DNA of 64,000 nucleotides from the human T2T-CHM13v2.0 reference genome, Homo sapiens. Positions 22,749 to 35,739 of the stretch are shown here, piece after piece. Position 1 is the stretch's first letter. Every line of letters begins with the position of its first letter. Below the pieces are notes generated by a model. The model ran no database searches and had not been told where the DNA came from. It saw nothing but the letters and a program-made list of their open reading frames with translations. Location: assembly GCF_009914755.1 (NCBI RefSeq), contig NC_060947.1; one strand, written 5' to 3'. The position numbers were made by a program, and so were the translations under genes.

Positions 22749-25345
22749 TGTGAATGCTTCTAAATTTTGTTTTCAACATTCCAAAACCTGACTTATCATT
22801 TTGCTTAATTTAAAATGGTTTACACATGCATCACTATTTGTTTGGATACGGTGTGAATCTAGGTACTAGGCACCAAAAAAATACTAAAAGAACCAAAATG
22901 TTCCTTCAGTACAAACACAAGCCGGGTCTCAAAAATAATTTTCAATGCAAGGGACAAAGAGCTTTCCCACATCTGGCCTTATGAGCAGAATTCTCATACC
23001 TGAGCCCTTTCCTATCGGAAATTCAAGGTTCTCCTACCTTCTCACGCACTTCTATGCACATGGGTAAGGCGGCTTCAGTGATAAAAATCAAGAGACTCAT
23101 CTCCACTATGGACAGAGGTGGCTTGGGAAAAGAAAACCCATCATGCTGGTGAAGGCGTAGTCAGAGGCTTGACAAGCGATAAGCACCTGTAGGTAGACTA
23201 CATAGTGGAATACTAAACTGAATGGCCATATAAAGTCAACAGATTTGGTGAATATTTCCTGCTGATACCCACGGGTTGACAGTGGGCCCTTGTTTCTCCC
23301 TAGCTATCCTTCCAAGAGCATTGCTTTCTTTTATTCTGTGTTACCCAACCAGGCTGAATTTTTTCCCCTTCCTGTCTCCTTCTTACATGCCAAAGGTTTG
23401 GGTCTTCAGATGCTATTTCCTTGCCAACATCCTGTTTGGGTTATTGATAAAGAAGCTGGATATTGGAAAGCTCTCACCTTTGAAATAGTTCTCAGGCTAT
23501 AGTTTTGCAAACTGCGGAGCGCACACCTTTCAATATTTATGCTCCTTCTATCGACACTGAGTAAATTAGAATGTGGAATACCTGCAACATCCAAACCATC
23601 TGCTTCACTGCATTTTAAAAAAGAGTAGGTGAAGAAAATTTATGAGCATTTCCTCTTATGTGTTGTTGCTAGGGAAACAACTTTTTTTTTTTTTTTTTCT
23701 TAAGCACGGATGATTCTAGCATCTCAAAAGAACCAGGGCACAATCTTTCTTCCCCTCTTTCTTCAAATGAAATAAACATCTTCCCTGGGCAGTTTTCTCC
23801 TCTGTCACACTGGCCACTCATTTTCCAAGGATGTTATATGATTCCAAGCAAGTCAGAAATACTGACTGAATAGGGCTGAATTTTTGCTGTGTTTTCACAG
23901 TTGGCCTGTGCCAAACAGAGTAGTCCACAAAGTTTGCCTCGTGAAACAAAATGCCCATTTTCACTAGGTGTGTTTTATAAGGTGCTATTTTGTCGTTTGT
24001 GCACAGAAGACTCTGGAGAAATACAAAGATCCGTCCTGCCCATCAAACTGGAAATCGTTTTCCTGAAAGAACCCCTTGTGTGATGAAGACAAAATAAAAA
24101 ATAATGATGTTCAGTTCCATGGAGCTTTCTGCCTGAAAACATAAAAGGGAATCCACCAGCAGAGTGGGAAACTGCCCACGGTTTTCATATCTTCAGGGGC
24201 CCTGGAACATATCACTCCTCCATGTAGGCAGCCTACATTTTACCATAGGAGAGAACACCCTAAAAAGGCTTCTGAAATATGGCGTTTGCGTATGGTAGAT
24301 TTGCTTGTTTCTCTGCAGCATCAATTGCTAGTGGCACATTTTGTACTAGAAAGGCCATTGTGCCCAGAACGGAAAACGACTGTGAACCACCTAGTGATTT
24401 GCATTCTGCTTTTGGGGATAATCGGACCCCCCTACCGGCCAAAATCCACATCACATTTGCATAATTCACTTTTGAAACGCTGTTTTTCATTCTCTTGAGC
24501 CCACAGCTGCTGTGCGGGGAACTGGCGTGGTCCACATCCAGCTTCAGATTCTCTCCTACATAATCCCCAAAGCAGAGAAGTTTTGCACGCAGTGAAGCAA
24601 GGGGACGCTGATGTTCAACAGGGACAGACTTTCTGTCTTATGCTTAGGTGTGACCTACCAGAAAGCAACCAAAGAAAGAGTCAATGATCCTAGCTGGGAT
24701 GGCAAAAAGAAGTAAGAATTGAATTTGGATTACAAATGGTCGACAAAAATAATGTTCTTACCAAAAAAACAAAAAACGAGGCAATGGTAAAATCAATGAG
24801 CTTATCTTTCTGATATAGAAAATAACAGGATGATTGTTAATACATGTTCAGGAATCTAAGAAAATGTTTCATATAGGCCTATCATGTAGCATTTTTATTT
24901 GCATAATTATAGTCAACATATGATTCTCCATATAGGGGTCTCTCATTGAGAATGTTTCTTGTGTACCCATAGAAAAGCCTCTTTGGTAGATTTTCCGGTT
25001 TATAATTATTTAATCAGAAGATACACGGGAAGTTCTTTTGTATGTACCTGTAGAATACATCCCAGTAAGTGTCCTATGGAGAAAGACCTGTTGTCAGCAA
25101 TAACCTTCATTATTCTAACTGTGAAACATTCATTAATGCGAATAATATTCTCAAAGGTTTTCTACAATGAGAATCATCCAGTAAAGCTTTTTACTTGAGA
25201 ATTTAAAAGTTGTAAAGTTGTTAGTTAAATGTGTATAATTATCAAAACAGGTTGACTTTGGAAAACAAACTGAATTTGCTAAGGGAAGGAAAACTTGAAA
25301 ATAATCATCTTAGATGTGGAATACAATTTGACCTAAGCAATTGTT

Positions 25346-25469
25346 TCAAAACTGTCTTCAGTTTCTTGAAAATAATTGTTAGGGCTGATATGAAATGAAA
25401 TACATATCAAAACCGTCTTCAGTTTCTTGAAAATAATTGTTAGGGCTGATATGATATGAAATACATATC
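25346..25469. repeat. 61-bp tandem duplication (2 copies, 2 mismatches)
   Basis: TCAAAAC(T/C)GTCTTCAGTTTCTTGAAAATAATTGTTAGGGCTGATATGA(A/T)ATGAAATACATA at 25346 and 25407. Confidence 0.95.
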
Positions 25470-25471
25470 TA

Positions 25472-25767
25472 GGCCAGGCACGGCGACTCATGCCTGCAAT
25501 CCCAGCACTTTGGGAGGCTGAGGCGGATTGATCACGAGGTCAAGAGATCGAGACCATCCTGGTCAACATGGTGAAACCCCGTCTCTACTAAAAATACAAA
25601 AATTAGCTGGGCGTAGTGCTGTGTGCCTGTAGTCCCAGCTACTCAGGAGGCTGAGGCAGGAGAATCACTTGAGCCCCGGAGGCGGAGGTTGCAGTGAGCC
25701 GAGATCAGCCACCGCACTCCAGCCTGGTCAACAGAGCGAGACTCCATCTCAAAAAAAAAGAAAAAAA
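25472..25767 (+). mobile_element. AluSc element
   Basis: GATCACGAGGTCAAGAGATCGAGACCATCCTGG; TSD GAAATACATATCTA at 25458-25471 and 25768-25781. Confidence 0.95.
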
Positions 25768-26100
25768 GAAATACATATCTAATGTTACAGATTTTGGTTT
25801 ATTGGTTAATTACTATGTATTTTTTCAGTTTAAAAAATAATCTTATTTTATATACTTCTCTCAGTATAATTTTTCATGACATTTCAGCATGTTGATGTGT
25901 GCATCTATTTCAGTGCCTTAAAGTATTTTGAGAGCAATCTTTTGCTGACAGTTGAAGAACTGTTAAGAATGAAATACTATTCATTAAATCAAGAAAAAAA
26001 AAAAACAAACAAATGGCCGAGGAAAGAGACCTCTGCCTCAACCCCTCTATTTAGCAAAGCAGGAAATTAGTATAAAAGGGGCCTTAAAGTTCAAATGTAA

Positions 26101-26415
26101 TTTTTTTTTTCTTTTAGTTAGAGACAGGGTCTCTCTCTGTGGCCCAGGCTGGAGTGCAGTGGTGCAATCATAGCTGCAGCCTCCAACTTCTGAGCTCAAG
26201 CAGTTCTCCCACCTCAGCCTCCCAAGTAGCTGGGACCACAGGTGTGTATGTGCTACCACACCTGGCTAATTTTTTTTTTTTTTTTTTTTTTTGCAGAGAC
26301 GGGGGTCTCGGTGTCACTATATTGCCCAGGCTTGTCTCGAACTCCTGGCCTCAAGCAATCCTCTGCCTTGGCTTCCCAAAACACTGGGATTACAGGCAGG
26401 AGCCACCATGCCTGA
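26101..26415 (-). mobile_element. AluJ element
   Basis: Antisense dimer with J diagnostics (GAGACAGGGTCT, ATCATAGCT, GCTCAAGCAG). Confidence 0.92.
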
Positions 26416-26619
26416 CTTCAAATGCAATTTTTACTGTTAGAAAAACTTCATATTAGCATGATCCGTTTCACAACAGATGCCAACTATAACCAACACAGTC
26501 CAAGACTCATGTTTACAGTTTATTAGCTTGTTTGCCTTCCTTTAGGTACCATCAGCAAAATTAGATAAGTGTGCAGAAATTATCATCGTGAACCAGAAGA
26601 CTCAATGATATGCATCAGA

Positions 26620-26800
26620 ACAACTCAATGTGTGGTCCTTGGGCCAGTAGCAGTGGCACCAACCGGGAGCTTGTTAGAAATGCATATTCTCAGGTCCCAC
26701 CCTAGACCAAGAGGACCAGAATAATGGGCTGGTGCCCATGTATCAGTATTTAGCAAGTTCCCTAGGTGAGGCTGGCACACACTCAAGTCTGAGAACCACT
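26620..26800. mobile_element. MER5A
   Basis: GTGTGGTCC..GGGAGCTTGTTAGAAATGCATATTCTCAGGTCCCACCCTAGACC...TGAGAACCACTG. Confidence 0.85.
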
Positions 26801-26902
26801 GGCTTGAGTTGTGAGGGCCCTACACACTACAAAACCTCCAATGTCCTCACTTGTAGCACTAATTAACTATTTGTGAGTTATTGTTTAGACAAATTAGTTA
26901 TA

Positions 26903-29311
26903 CACACATATATCTCTTTCTATTGCACTTCACAGATACTGCATTTTTTACAAATTGAAGGTTTCTGGCAACCCTGCATCAAGCAAGTCTATTGGCACCA
27001 TTTTTCCAACAGCATGTGCTCACTTTGTGTCTCTGTGTCACATTTTGGAAATTCTCACAGTATTTCAATTCAAACTGTTTCATTACTATTATATCTGTTA
27101 TCCTAATCTGTAATCAGTGATCTCTGATGTTATTATTGTAATTATGTTGGGGTACCATGAACTCCACCAATAGGAGATGGTAAACTTAATTGATAATGTT
27201 GTGTGCGTGTGTTCTGATTGCTCCACAGATCAGCCATCCCTCCCCCTCTCCTCAGCCCTCCCTATTTCCTGAGACACAACAATATGTTGAAATTAGGACA
27301 ATTACTAATCCTCCAATGGCGTCTAAGTGTTCATGTGAAGGGAAGAATCACATGTCTCTTACTTTAAATAAAAAGCTAGCAACAATTAAGCTCAAGCTTA
27401 GTGAGGAAGGCATGTTGAAAGCTGAGACAGGCCAAAAGCTGGGCCTCTTGGACCGGTACACCACGTTGTGAATGCAAAGGAAAAGTTCTTGAAGGAAATT
27501 AAAAGTGCTACTCCAGGGAACACAGGAATGATAAGAAAGTGAAACAGCCTTGTTGCTGATATGGAGAAAGTTTGAGTGGTCTGGATAGAAGATCAAACTA
27601 GTCACAACATTCCCTTAAACCAAAGCTAATCCAGAGCGAGGGCCTAACTTTTCAATTCTATGAAGGCTAAGAGGTGAGGAAGCTGCAGAAGAAAAGCTGG
27701 AAGCTAGCAGGGGTTCATGAGATTTGAGGAAAGAAGCCATCGTCCTAATATAAACGTGCAATGTGCTGCAGCAAGTGCTGATGGAGAGGCTGCAGCAAGT
27801 TCTCCAGGTTCTCCAGAAGACCTAGGGTAACATCACTAATGAAGGTGGCTACACTAAACGACAGATTTTCGATGTAAATGAAACAGCTTTCTATTGGGAG
27901 GAAATGCCGTCTAGACTTGCATAGCTACAGAAAAGTCAATGCCGGGCCTCAAAACTTCAAAGGACAGACTGACTCTCTTGCTAGAGGCTAATGCAGCTGG
28001 TGACTTTAAATCGAAGCCAACACTCAGTTGCCATCTCCAAAGTCCTAGGGCTCTAAAGAATGATGCTAAATCTACTCCTCCTGTGCTCTAGAAATCGAAC
28101 AACAAAGCCTGGGTGACAGCACATCTGTTTACAGCATGGTTTACTGAATATTTTAAGCCCATTGTTGAAACCTGCTGCTTAAAAAAAGAAAAAAGATTCT
28201 TTTCAAAATATGATTGCTAATTGATAATGCACCTGGTCATGCAAGAGTTCTGATGGAGATGTACAAGGTTAGTGTTGTTTTCACGCCTGCTAACACAACA
28301 TCCATTCTGCAGCCCATGGATCAAGGAGACATTTTGACTTTGAAGTCCTATCATTTAAGAAGTACATTTCATAAGGATATAGCTGCCATAGATAGTGATT
28401 CCTCTGACGGATCTAGGCAAAGTTAATTGAAAACCTGCTGGAAAAGATTAGCCATTCTAGATATCATTAAGAACATTCGTGATTCATGGGAGGAAGTCAA
28501 AATACCAACATTAACAGGAGTTTGGAAGACTTTGATTCCAACCCTCATGGATGAATTCAAGGGGTTCAAGATGTCAGTGAAGGAAGTAACTGCAGATGTG
28601 GTGGAAATAGCAAGAGAACTAGAATTAGAAGTGGGGCCTAAAGGTGGGACTGAATTGCTGCAGCCTCATGATCAAATCTGGATGGATGAGAAGTTGCTTC
28701 TTATGGATGAGTAGAGAAAGTGGTTTTATGAGATGCACTCTACTCCTGGTAAAGATGCTGTGAACATTGTAGAAATGACAACAAAGGATTTAGACTATTA
28801 CATGAACTTAGGTGATAAAGCAGAGGCAAGATTTGAGAGGATTGACTCCAATTTTAAAAGAAGTTCTGCTGCGGGTGAAACGCTGTCAAGTAGCATCATA
28901 TGTTACAGAAAAATCTTTCATGAAAGTAGCGTCAACTGATGCAGTGAAATGCATTGTTGTCTTATTTTAAGAAATTGCCACAGCCACCCCAGCCTCCTGC
29001 AACCACCCCTCTGATCAGTCAGCAGTCATCAACGTAAAAGCAAGACCCTCCACCAGTAAAAAAAAAAAATGATGACTTGCTGAAGGCTCAGATGACCATT
29101 AGCATTTTTAGCAATAAATTATTTTTTAATTAAGGTAATGACATTGTATTTTCATACAGAATGCAGTTGCACTCTTAATAGACTATAGTATAAGGTAAAC
29201 ATAACTTTTATATGCACTGGGAAACCAAAAAGTTCGTGTGACTCACTTTGTTGGGCTATTCACTTTATTGTGGTGGTCTGGAACTGAATATGCAATCTCT
29301 CCAAGGTACCG
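26903..29311 (+). mobile_element. Tigger1 (pogo/Tc1-mariner superfamily DNA transposon), near full length, transposase disrupted
   Basis: About 2.4 kb between flanking TA dinucleotides; termini match Tigger1; transposase remnants MASKCS..LKLSEEGMLKAETGQKLGLL (from 27316), [20 protein letters not shown], with stops and frameshifts. Confidence 0.95.
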
Positions 29312-30562
29312 TATTTTATTTCTGGTACCATTATGATCCAGCTAGATCACAAAAATACAGGCCACATTAGCCAAAATCCTATTTAATATGCATTAACTTT
29401 ATAAGTCATAATTTACTGAATCCTTGAAGCAGACACAGAACAGAAGGAAATATTAAGGGGAAAGGTAGAATAAAATATTTAAGAAATGATGTTGCCATTA
29501 AATATATTGTTTGAAATGAATATGTAAAAATATGAAGAAAGACATTATAATATTAAACTTAAAATTCAGAATACAGAACTGTATATTCAGTGTAATCACA
29601 ACCTTAGAATGCAGATTTTTTAAAATTCAAAGATTGGAAACAGATTCACTAAAATGTTAGCAGTCAATATCTTTAGGTGATGGAGATAATAGATGATTTT
29701 GTTCATCTAGAACTTGCTGATGCAAAGATAAAGGTCATCAGTGTTCATGGCCAAGTTTTTACTCCAGTTGACATACTCCAGAAATGAAGCAAAGCTGAGT
29801 CACTCCTGGGTTTGCTATTAACAAATAGACACAGTGCTATCATTTTACGAGACCATCCTGTGAAGCATATTACACATATTAGGAAATGATCTTAACAGGT
29901 GAGAAATGCTCTGAAAATATACACGTAGAGTGCAAGGAATCATGTATGTGCCCAAATGGGTTCCACTAAAAGGGAAGACTCGTTCAGAATTGAGACAACC
30001 ATACAATACATTCATCCTTTCCTGTTCTCTGTTCTAGGTCTCCTCCACCATCTAAGAGTGACAGACAGTTCAGGAGATCTTAGGGACCCAATTCTTAAAC
30101 CAAGTGATTTCCTGACCAGTTCCCTAGCTATAGATATGCCTCTGCCTAAAACTTTCCCAGTTGCTTCAAATTTTGAGATCCCAGAAAAGCAGATGTCCAA
30201 CAGATATTCAGAAGGATAGAAAATGTTGTTCCCTCAAATGCTGACTTAACCTTGCAGTGTCCTTTGGCTGCCCTGAAGGAGATCCCTAAAGAATTCTTCA
30301 TAAATACAACGACACTGCTTTCATATGACACTGGCAGCTTCAGGTTGTAAATAACAGGAAGCACCAAGGGGTCACTGATGAGAAGAGCCTCTGCTTTACA
30401 CTCAGGCAGGACAAGGCTGAGGTCCAGGGTCTGTTACTCTGGGTCCAGTCCTGACCAAGTTTCATCCATCGGAGAGCAATTAAAGGAGAAAAAAAAAAAA
30501 AGGGTAAAGAAATAACAAAAGTAATAGCAGCTACAGCAAAATGAAGAGTTGCAAATAATTTC

Positions 30563-30906
30563 TGTCTTAGTCCATTCAGGCTGCTCTAACAAAACACCAT
30601 AGACTAACAACAGACATTAATCGCTCACAGTTCTTGGGGCTGGAACCCTAAGATCAAGGCACCAGCAGATATTGTGTCTGGTGAGGACTCACTTCCTGGT
30701 TCATAGATGCGTGTTGGAGCCATAGTGCACCCTCGCTCTGTCCTCACAGGGTGGAAGGGCAAGGGAGCTCTCTGGGTACTCATCTCGTTCACAACGCTCC
30801 ACCCTCATGACCTCAGCAGCTCCCAAAGGCCCACCTCCTGACACCATCACCTTGGGGGTTAGATTTCAACATGAATTTTGGAGAGACACACATTCAGTCT
30901 CTAGCA
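30563..30906 (-). mobile_element. MLT1A-type MaLR solo LTR
   Basis: TGTCTTAGTCCATTCAGGCTGCT...CTCCCAAAGGCCCACCTCCT..CCATCACCTTGGGGGTTAGATTTCAACATGAATTTTGG...TAGCA. Confidence 0.88.
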
Positions 30907-31269
30907 ATGTCCAATCCATGGAGAAAGAGCAATACAGAGAAAGGATGATCCATGGGAGTTTGAGAAGTAAAGAAATAACCAGCACCAAGTTCATGATACA
31001 AGAAACACCAGGAGGAACACCGAGCAGGGAACCCTGTGCTCTGGGCAGGCGACAGAGCTCCATGTGAACTTATTCTGTTCTTTGAAGATTTCTCACTCAG
31101 GTTAACACCTAGACTTCACACTTAGGTGTGAATGTCACTTTTAAAGACATTCACCTCCACATTTTCACCTTCTTCTTTTGGAAGAGAAAGACGAAAAAAA
31201 GAAAAAGATCTTTGCATTCTAAAAGATACTTTGTCACTGCCTGAAAAAATAAACGGCTGCTCCAAAGTA

Positions 31270-31470
31270 GTAATAAATATTTTTTCATTTACTGAGCAGC
31301 TGCTATATGCCCCAGACCCTGTGGAGTGCTTTTGTTTATGAGCTCATTTAAGTCTTGAGGCAGGGGCTCTCTGCTTCGCTTTATGGATGAGACGGAGAAG
31401 CCAGCATATAGACGAGGTCTTTTCTAAGGTGTCAGTCATATCTGGCTGAATTATCTGATGCCTGAGCCCA
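31270..31470 (-). mobile_element. MIR
   Basis: CATTTACTGAGCAGCTGCTATATGCC..CTCATTTAA..TTTATGGATGAG. Confidence 0.6.
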
Positions 31471-32324
31471 TTTCTGTATCTGCCCCACACCGTGGGTTCC
31501 CACTCCAGCCGACTTCATCAATATTCTGGACGATGCGAACAGCATCCTAGGACTACCCTTGCTGCGTGGCTTCTTCTCTCCTTTAATCAAAGGTGCCAGG
31601 GGCCCAAACCTGAAATTGCAAGGGAAGGAAACAGTAAAAGCAGTAACTACCTCATCTCTTAGCTCTGGTAAATCGTCTTATTTCTCTCAACTGTAGTATC
31701 ACAAATGCACGCTCCATGGTTTTAGCAAGTCTTGGACTCTCAGTAGAAAACACATGCCCAAACAATACATGTTAATTAACACAGGTGCTGATTGCTTTGT
31801 CATTCAAGAAAGGGGAGTCGCTTCTTTTAATCAGTGTGATGAGAATCGCCAAGGCTAAATGCAGTTTGCTGAGGCTCTGAGATGTCTTGAAGGATTATAT
31901 AATTCCCCTACAAAGTGAGAATGCTAGAATGTCAGAATCACCCTGAGGGCTTTAAAACATCTTGGTGCCCAGGGCACACCCAAAACCATAAGATCACAAT
32001 GTTTAGTCAGGCAAGGAGGGGGAGCCAGGCTCCCCTAGATGATTCCGGGCTGGCCAAGAAACTGGGGCAGTAATGAAATAACGTGAGGTAATAAGTGGAA
32101 AAGAGCTGATGAATTTTCAGGTGATTTTCATTTACACTGAGGAAATGTAACCAAGTTGGGAGGAAAAAAATCAATGATCTCTATGTCCTAATGATACTGA
32201 AAATTTTAACTTTTCAATATAGTATTATACACACCTAGAACTCAGGGAAAAAAGAAGAGGCTTCGTCCAATTATGATATTCTTCTCTCCCTTTCTGTTTC
32301 AGTTCTGGCCCTAGAGCAAAAATG

Positions 32325-32430
32325 TCTGCGAGGGCGTTCTGCCCTTTGTGATTTGTAAAAGGCACCGAGGCGCAGCCCGGAGGAGACAGCGCACCCTGAC
32401 CCTCCCCGCCGCCTCCGCCACTTCCCCGGG
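32325..32430. promoter_or_regulatory. Small GC/CpG-rich cluster, candidate regulatory element
   Basis: About 10 CpGs in about 105 bp with GC-box-like CCCCGCCGCCTCCGCC, in CpG-poor surroundings; no repeat recognised. Confidence 0.45.
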
Positions 32431-32799
32431 GATGTTGGTATCTTTGGAACTAGCTGATTTTGAACTTTATCTTCCCTTTGAATGACTGTGCTATCGCTAT
32501 TATTTTTCCAAAGAGAACAGAGCCCTTCCAAAAATGGTTTAGGTTCCTGGAAAAGAAAAATAACCATTTTCTCCAACATTTACATTACAAATTACATTTC
32601 AGACCTAATGGGAAAGTCTGTTTATTTTTTATTCAAATTACGTCAACTCCTTTCCAGAAACAAATTAAACTCGTTTCCTACTCAGCTGAAAAAAAAAAAA
32701 AAACTTCAAAACAAACCAGGGAGATGCTACGCATAAAGATCTAAATGTAGCCTCATTATATATCTGCTCCACCACCCCATATTTAATAAAGATATGGTT

Positions 32800-33146
32800 T
32801 GATACATACTTATACATTATATATAGTGATATACTAAAATATGGATATTTATACATAATACTTATAATATGTAACAGCTATTTTATAGGTATAAAATATA
32901 TAAAGCATATTTCTATTATAGATATTATATATAAATATACATACATGTAACATACAATTATATATAATATATGTTATATGGTTGTAAACGGATATATAGA
33001 AAATATGTTATCTGGTTATCTGCATGTAACTGGATAATATATACATGTAACTGTATGTTTATCATATACAAATATACATATAATACATTAAATATATTTA
33101 TAGTTTATGTATCTTTCATATATTATTTCATTTATATAGATATGTT
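32800..33146. repeat. AT-rich degenerate (TA)n low-complexity tract
   Basis: Directly visible. Confidence 0.85.
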
Positions 33147-33357
33147 AGCCTGGCCAACATGGTGAAACCCCATCTCTACTAAAAATACAAAAAATTAGCA
33201 GGGCATGGTGGCATGTGCATGTAGTCCCAGCTGCTCAGGAGGCTGAGTCATGAGAATCGCTTGAACCCGGGAGGCGGAGATTGCAGTGAGCCGAGATTGC
33301 ACCACTGCCCTCCAGCCTGGGTGACAGAGAGAGACCCTGTTTCCAAAAAAAAAAAAA
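33147..33357 (+). mobile_element. 5'-truncated AluS
   Basis: Starts mid left arm at AGCCTGGCCAACATGG; TSD AGATATGTTA at 33138-33147 and 33358-33367. Confidence 0.92.
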
Positions 33358-33438
33358 AGATATGTTAATGTGTGTGTATTGATACTAAACATACCACATA
33401 TCCAAAATGATTCTAAACAATGAAATTTAGCATATAAA

Positions 33439-33742
<304 letters not shown>

Positions 33743-34399
33743 TTAGCATATAAACTCAGAAAATTACTTTCTGGGCAGAGACAAAGCTAATTCAATCTTA
33801 ATTTGATCTATTACTTTAAGATGATGATTGAGTGTACTAACCAATACAAAAGAGGTTAACAAAAAGTACCTGAGGAAGATCAGTTTTGCAGGATTTCAGA
33901 GTATTATTCACCAAATCTGCTAAGGGTATGTTATTTAAATCCATCAAAATCCCATTTCTGGGGTTCTAGGTAAATGTAAGGTGTGGCTCCAGCAAGCTCC
34001 ATCTGAGGCTAGAGTACTAAAAGCCCCCCAAGGAAGACACACCATCAGACAACAGTAGGGAAAGCAGAAATACCTCCCATAGCCAGGCTATGTCCATTCC
34101 ATTGGTGCTTGACTACTGTCTGGATTCATTCGATCACGTTAATTTACTTGACAAGTTATGTTTCTGGTAGGCTTCAAGAATTATCTTGAATTTGAAACTA
34201 GTGGGGTAGAAATTTAAAAGCTTTCCCAATGCTTTCTGGACATTTCCGCCTCGTATTTTCCCCTGTGGTTAGAGCTGATGCTGGCTTACCTGGGGACACC
34301 CAGGTACCCACTGATGTTTGCTGATGCTAGTATTGATCCTCCAAACCAGCCAATAAGACCTCTCTTAGGAGCTTCTATCACCAACAGGCACTCTGTCTA

Positions 34400-34625
34400 A
34401 AACTGCGACATCTCCCAGCCTGAACAACCTGGACTTTTCCTCTTGCCTCTCTTGACTATCTAACATGCTGTATCTTTCACATATTTATTTTGCAGATTTT
34501 TCAACACTCCTATTAGACTATAATTTTGAGCTGGTTGTTCATTGGTAAATTGCAAATGCTTATAACAGTGCCTAGCAAACACCGGATGATCAATACATAT
34601 TTGTCAATGACATGAATCAATAGGA
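34400..34625 (+). mobile_element. L2 3' end
   Basis: AACAGTGCCTAGCA...TCAATACATATTTGTCAATGACATGAAT terminus. Confidence 0.65.
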
Positions 34626-35139
34626 ATGCAGGCAGATTGATCAAGATAAAAAGGCAAGAGAGTAAGAGGAAAAGGGGGAAAAATAGATCTTGACAACTTT
34701 CAAGTGGTTCAGCACCCAAGTCAATTTGTTTTCAGGGTGAAACTGAATCTCAATGTTTCTTTCAAACACGTGGACTATTTCTTAGTCATCTCAATAAGAA
34801 TTTTCTGGAAGACTCGGGCTTAGATGTAACAGGTTCAATGGACCCAACTGCCCTCGGCTCTTGCCAGAATGAGAAACACTTTGGTTTTGTTCAATTCATT
34901 TATTTCCTGCACTCGAATTGCCATCAAGAGATGTAAATGTTGAAACTGATTTGATTTTAAATATACCCACACTTCTCGGCCTCTTGCCAACCCTTTTATA
35001 ATCAGCTCCTAAACAGCCTTTGCAACCCACACTCAGTTGTGTATGTTTTTGTTCAACTTACTTTACAGATTGGCAGAATGTCGTGTTCTACTTATTTTCC
35101 AAGTTGTGTATGTTTTTGTTCCACTTATTTCACCCCATT

Positions 35140-35425
35140 ACCCAGGGCAGGTCCTTCTGTAAAGCCCAAACAGTGAATATTTCAGGTTGTTCAGGCCACA
35201 CAGTCTCTGGGGCAGCTACTGACTCTGCTGCTGTAGCCCAAATACAAGCCATACGTAAACATGTGGTTATGGCTGAGCTCGAATAAATCTTCATTTTTGG
35301 ACACTGAAATGTGACTTTTATATAATTTTCACATTTCAGGAAATATTATCTTCTGATTTTTTCCAACCATTTTAAAATGCCAAAGCCATTCTTAGCCTGT
35401 GGGCCATACAGAAACAGGCAGTAAG
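35140..35425. mobile_element. MER58B
   Basis: CTGTAAAGCCCAAACAGTGAATATTTCAGG..GGACACTGAAATGTGA..CCATTCTTAGCCTGTGGGCCATACAGAAACAGGC. Confidence 0.8.
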
Positions 35426-35739
35426 CAGGGCTGTCACTTGTGAACCTAAGTTTGCCTAAAGTCTTAAAAAGATCACTTGAAGTGGTTCTTAACCTTCAAA
35501 TCTGGTGCTTTTCGGATCCTTCTTTCAATCTCTATTCCATAAATGCAAGTTGCCACAGGAAAGGTCTCTTCCGACACAAAGACTAAAGCTGCAGAATGAG
35601 CCAGATTCTTACCAGAGGACTTAAGTTTCATGTGTTCGTTGCTTTCAGCTCTTTAGGGCTGTTAAGCCAACACCTATATATAATCCTGACTTTAAAATAT
35701 TAGCAGGTGACCAGGGAGATGTTAGCAACATCATTCCTC

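Noticed and set aside
24079-24136. Box C/D snoRNA (GTGATGA ... CTGA)
   Set aside because: Short, weak terminal stem, no D' box or recognisable rRNA guide; the GTGATGA near 22219 likewise lacks a suitably placed D box
27316-28714. Domesticated TIGD-like transposase gene
   Set aside because: Multiple stops and frameshifts, a mutated first catalytic Asp, and retained transposon termini indicate a dead Tigger1 copy
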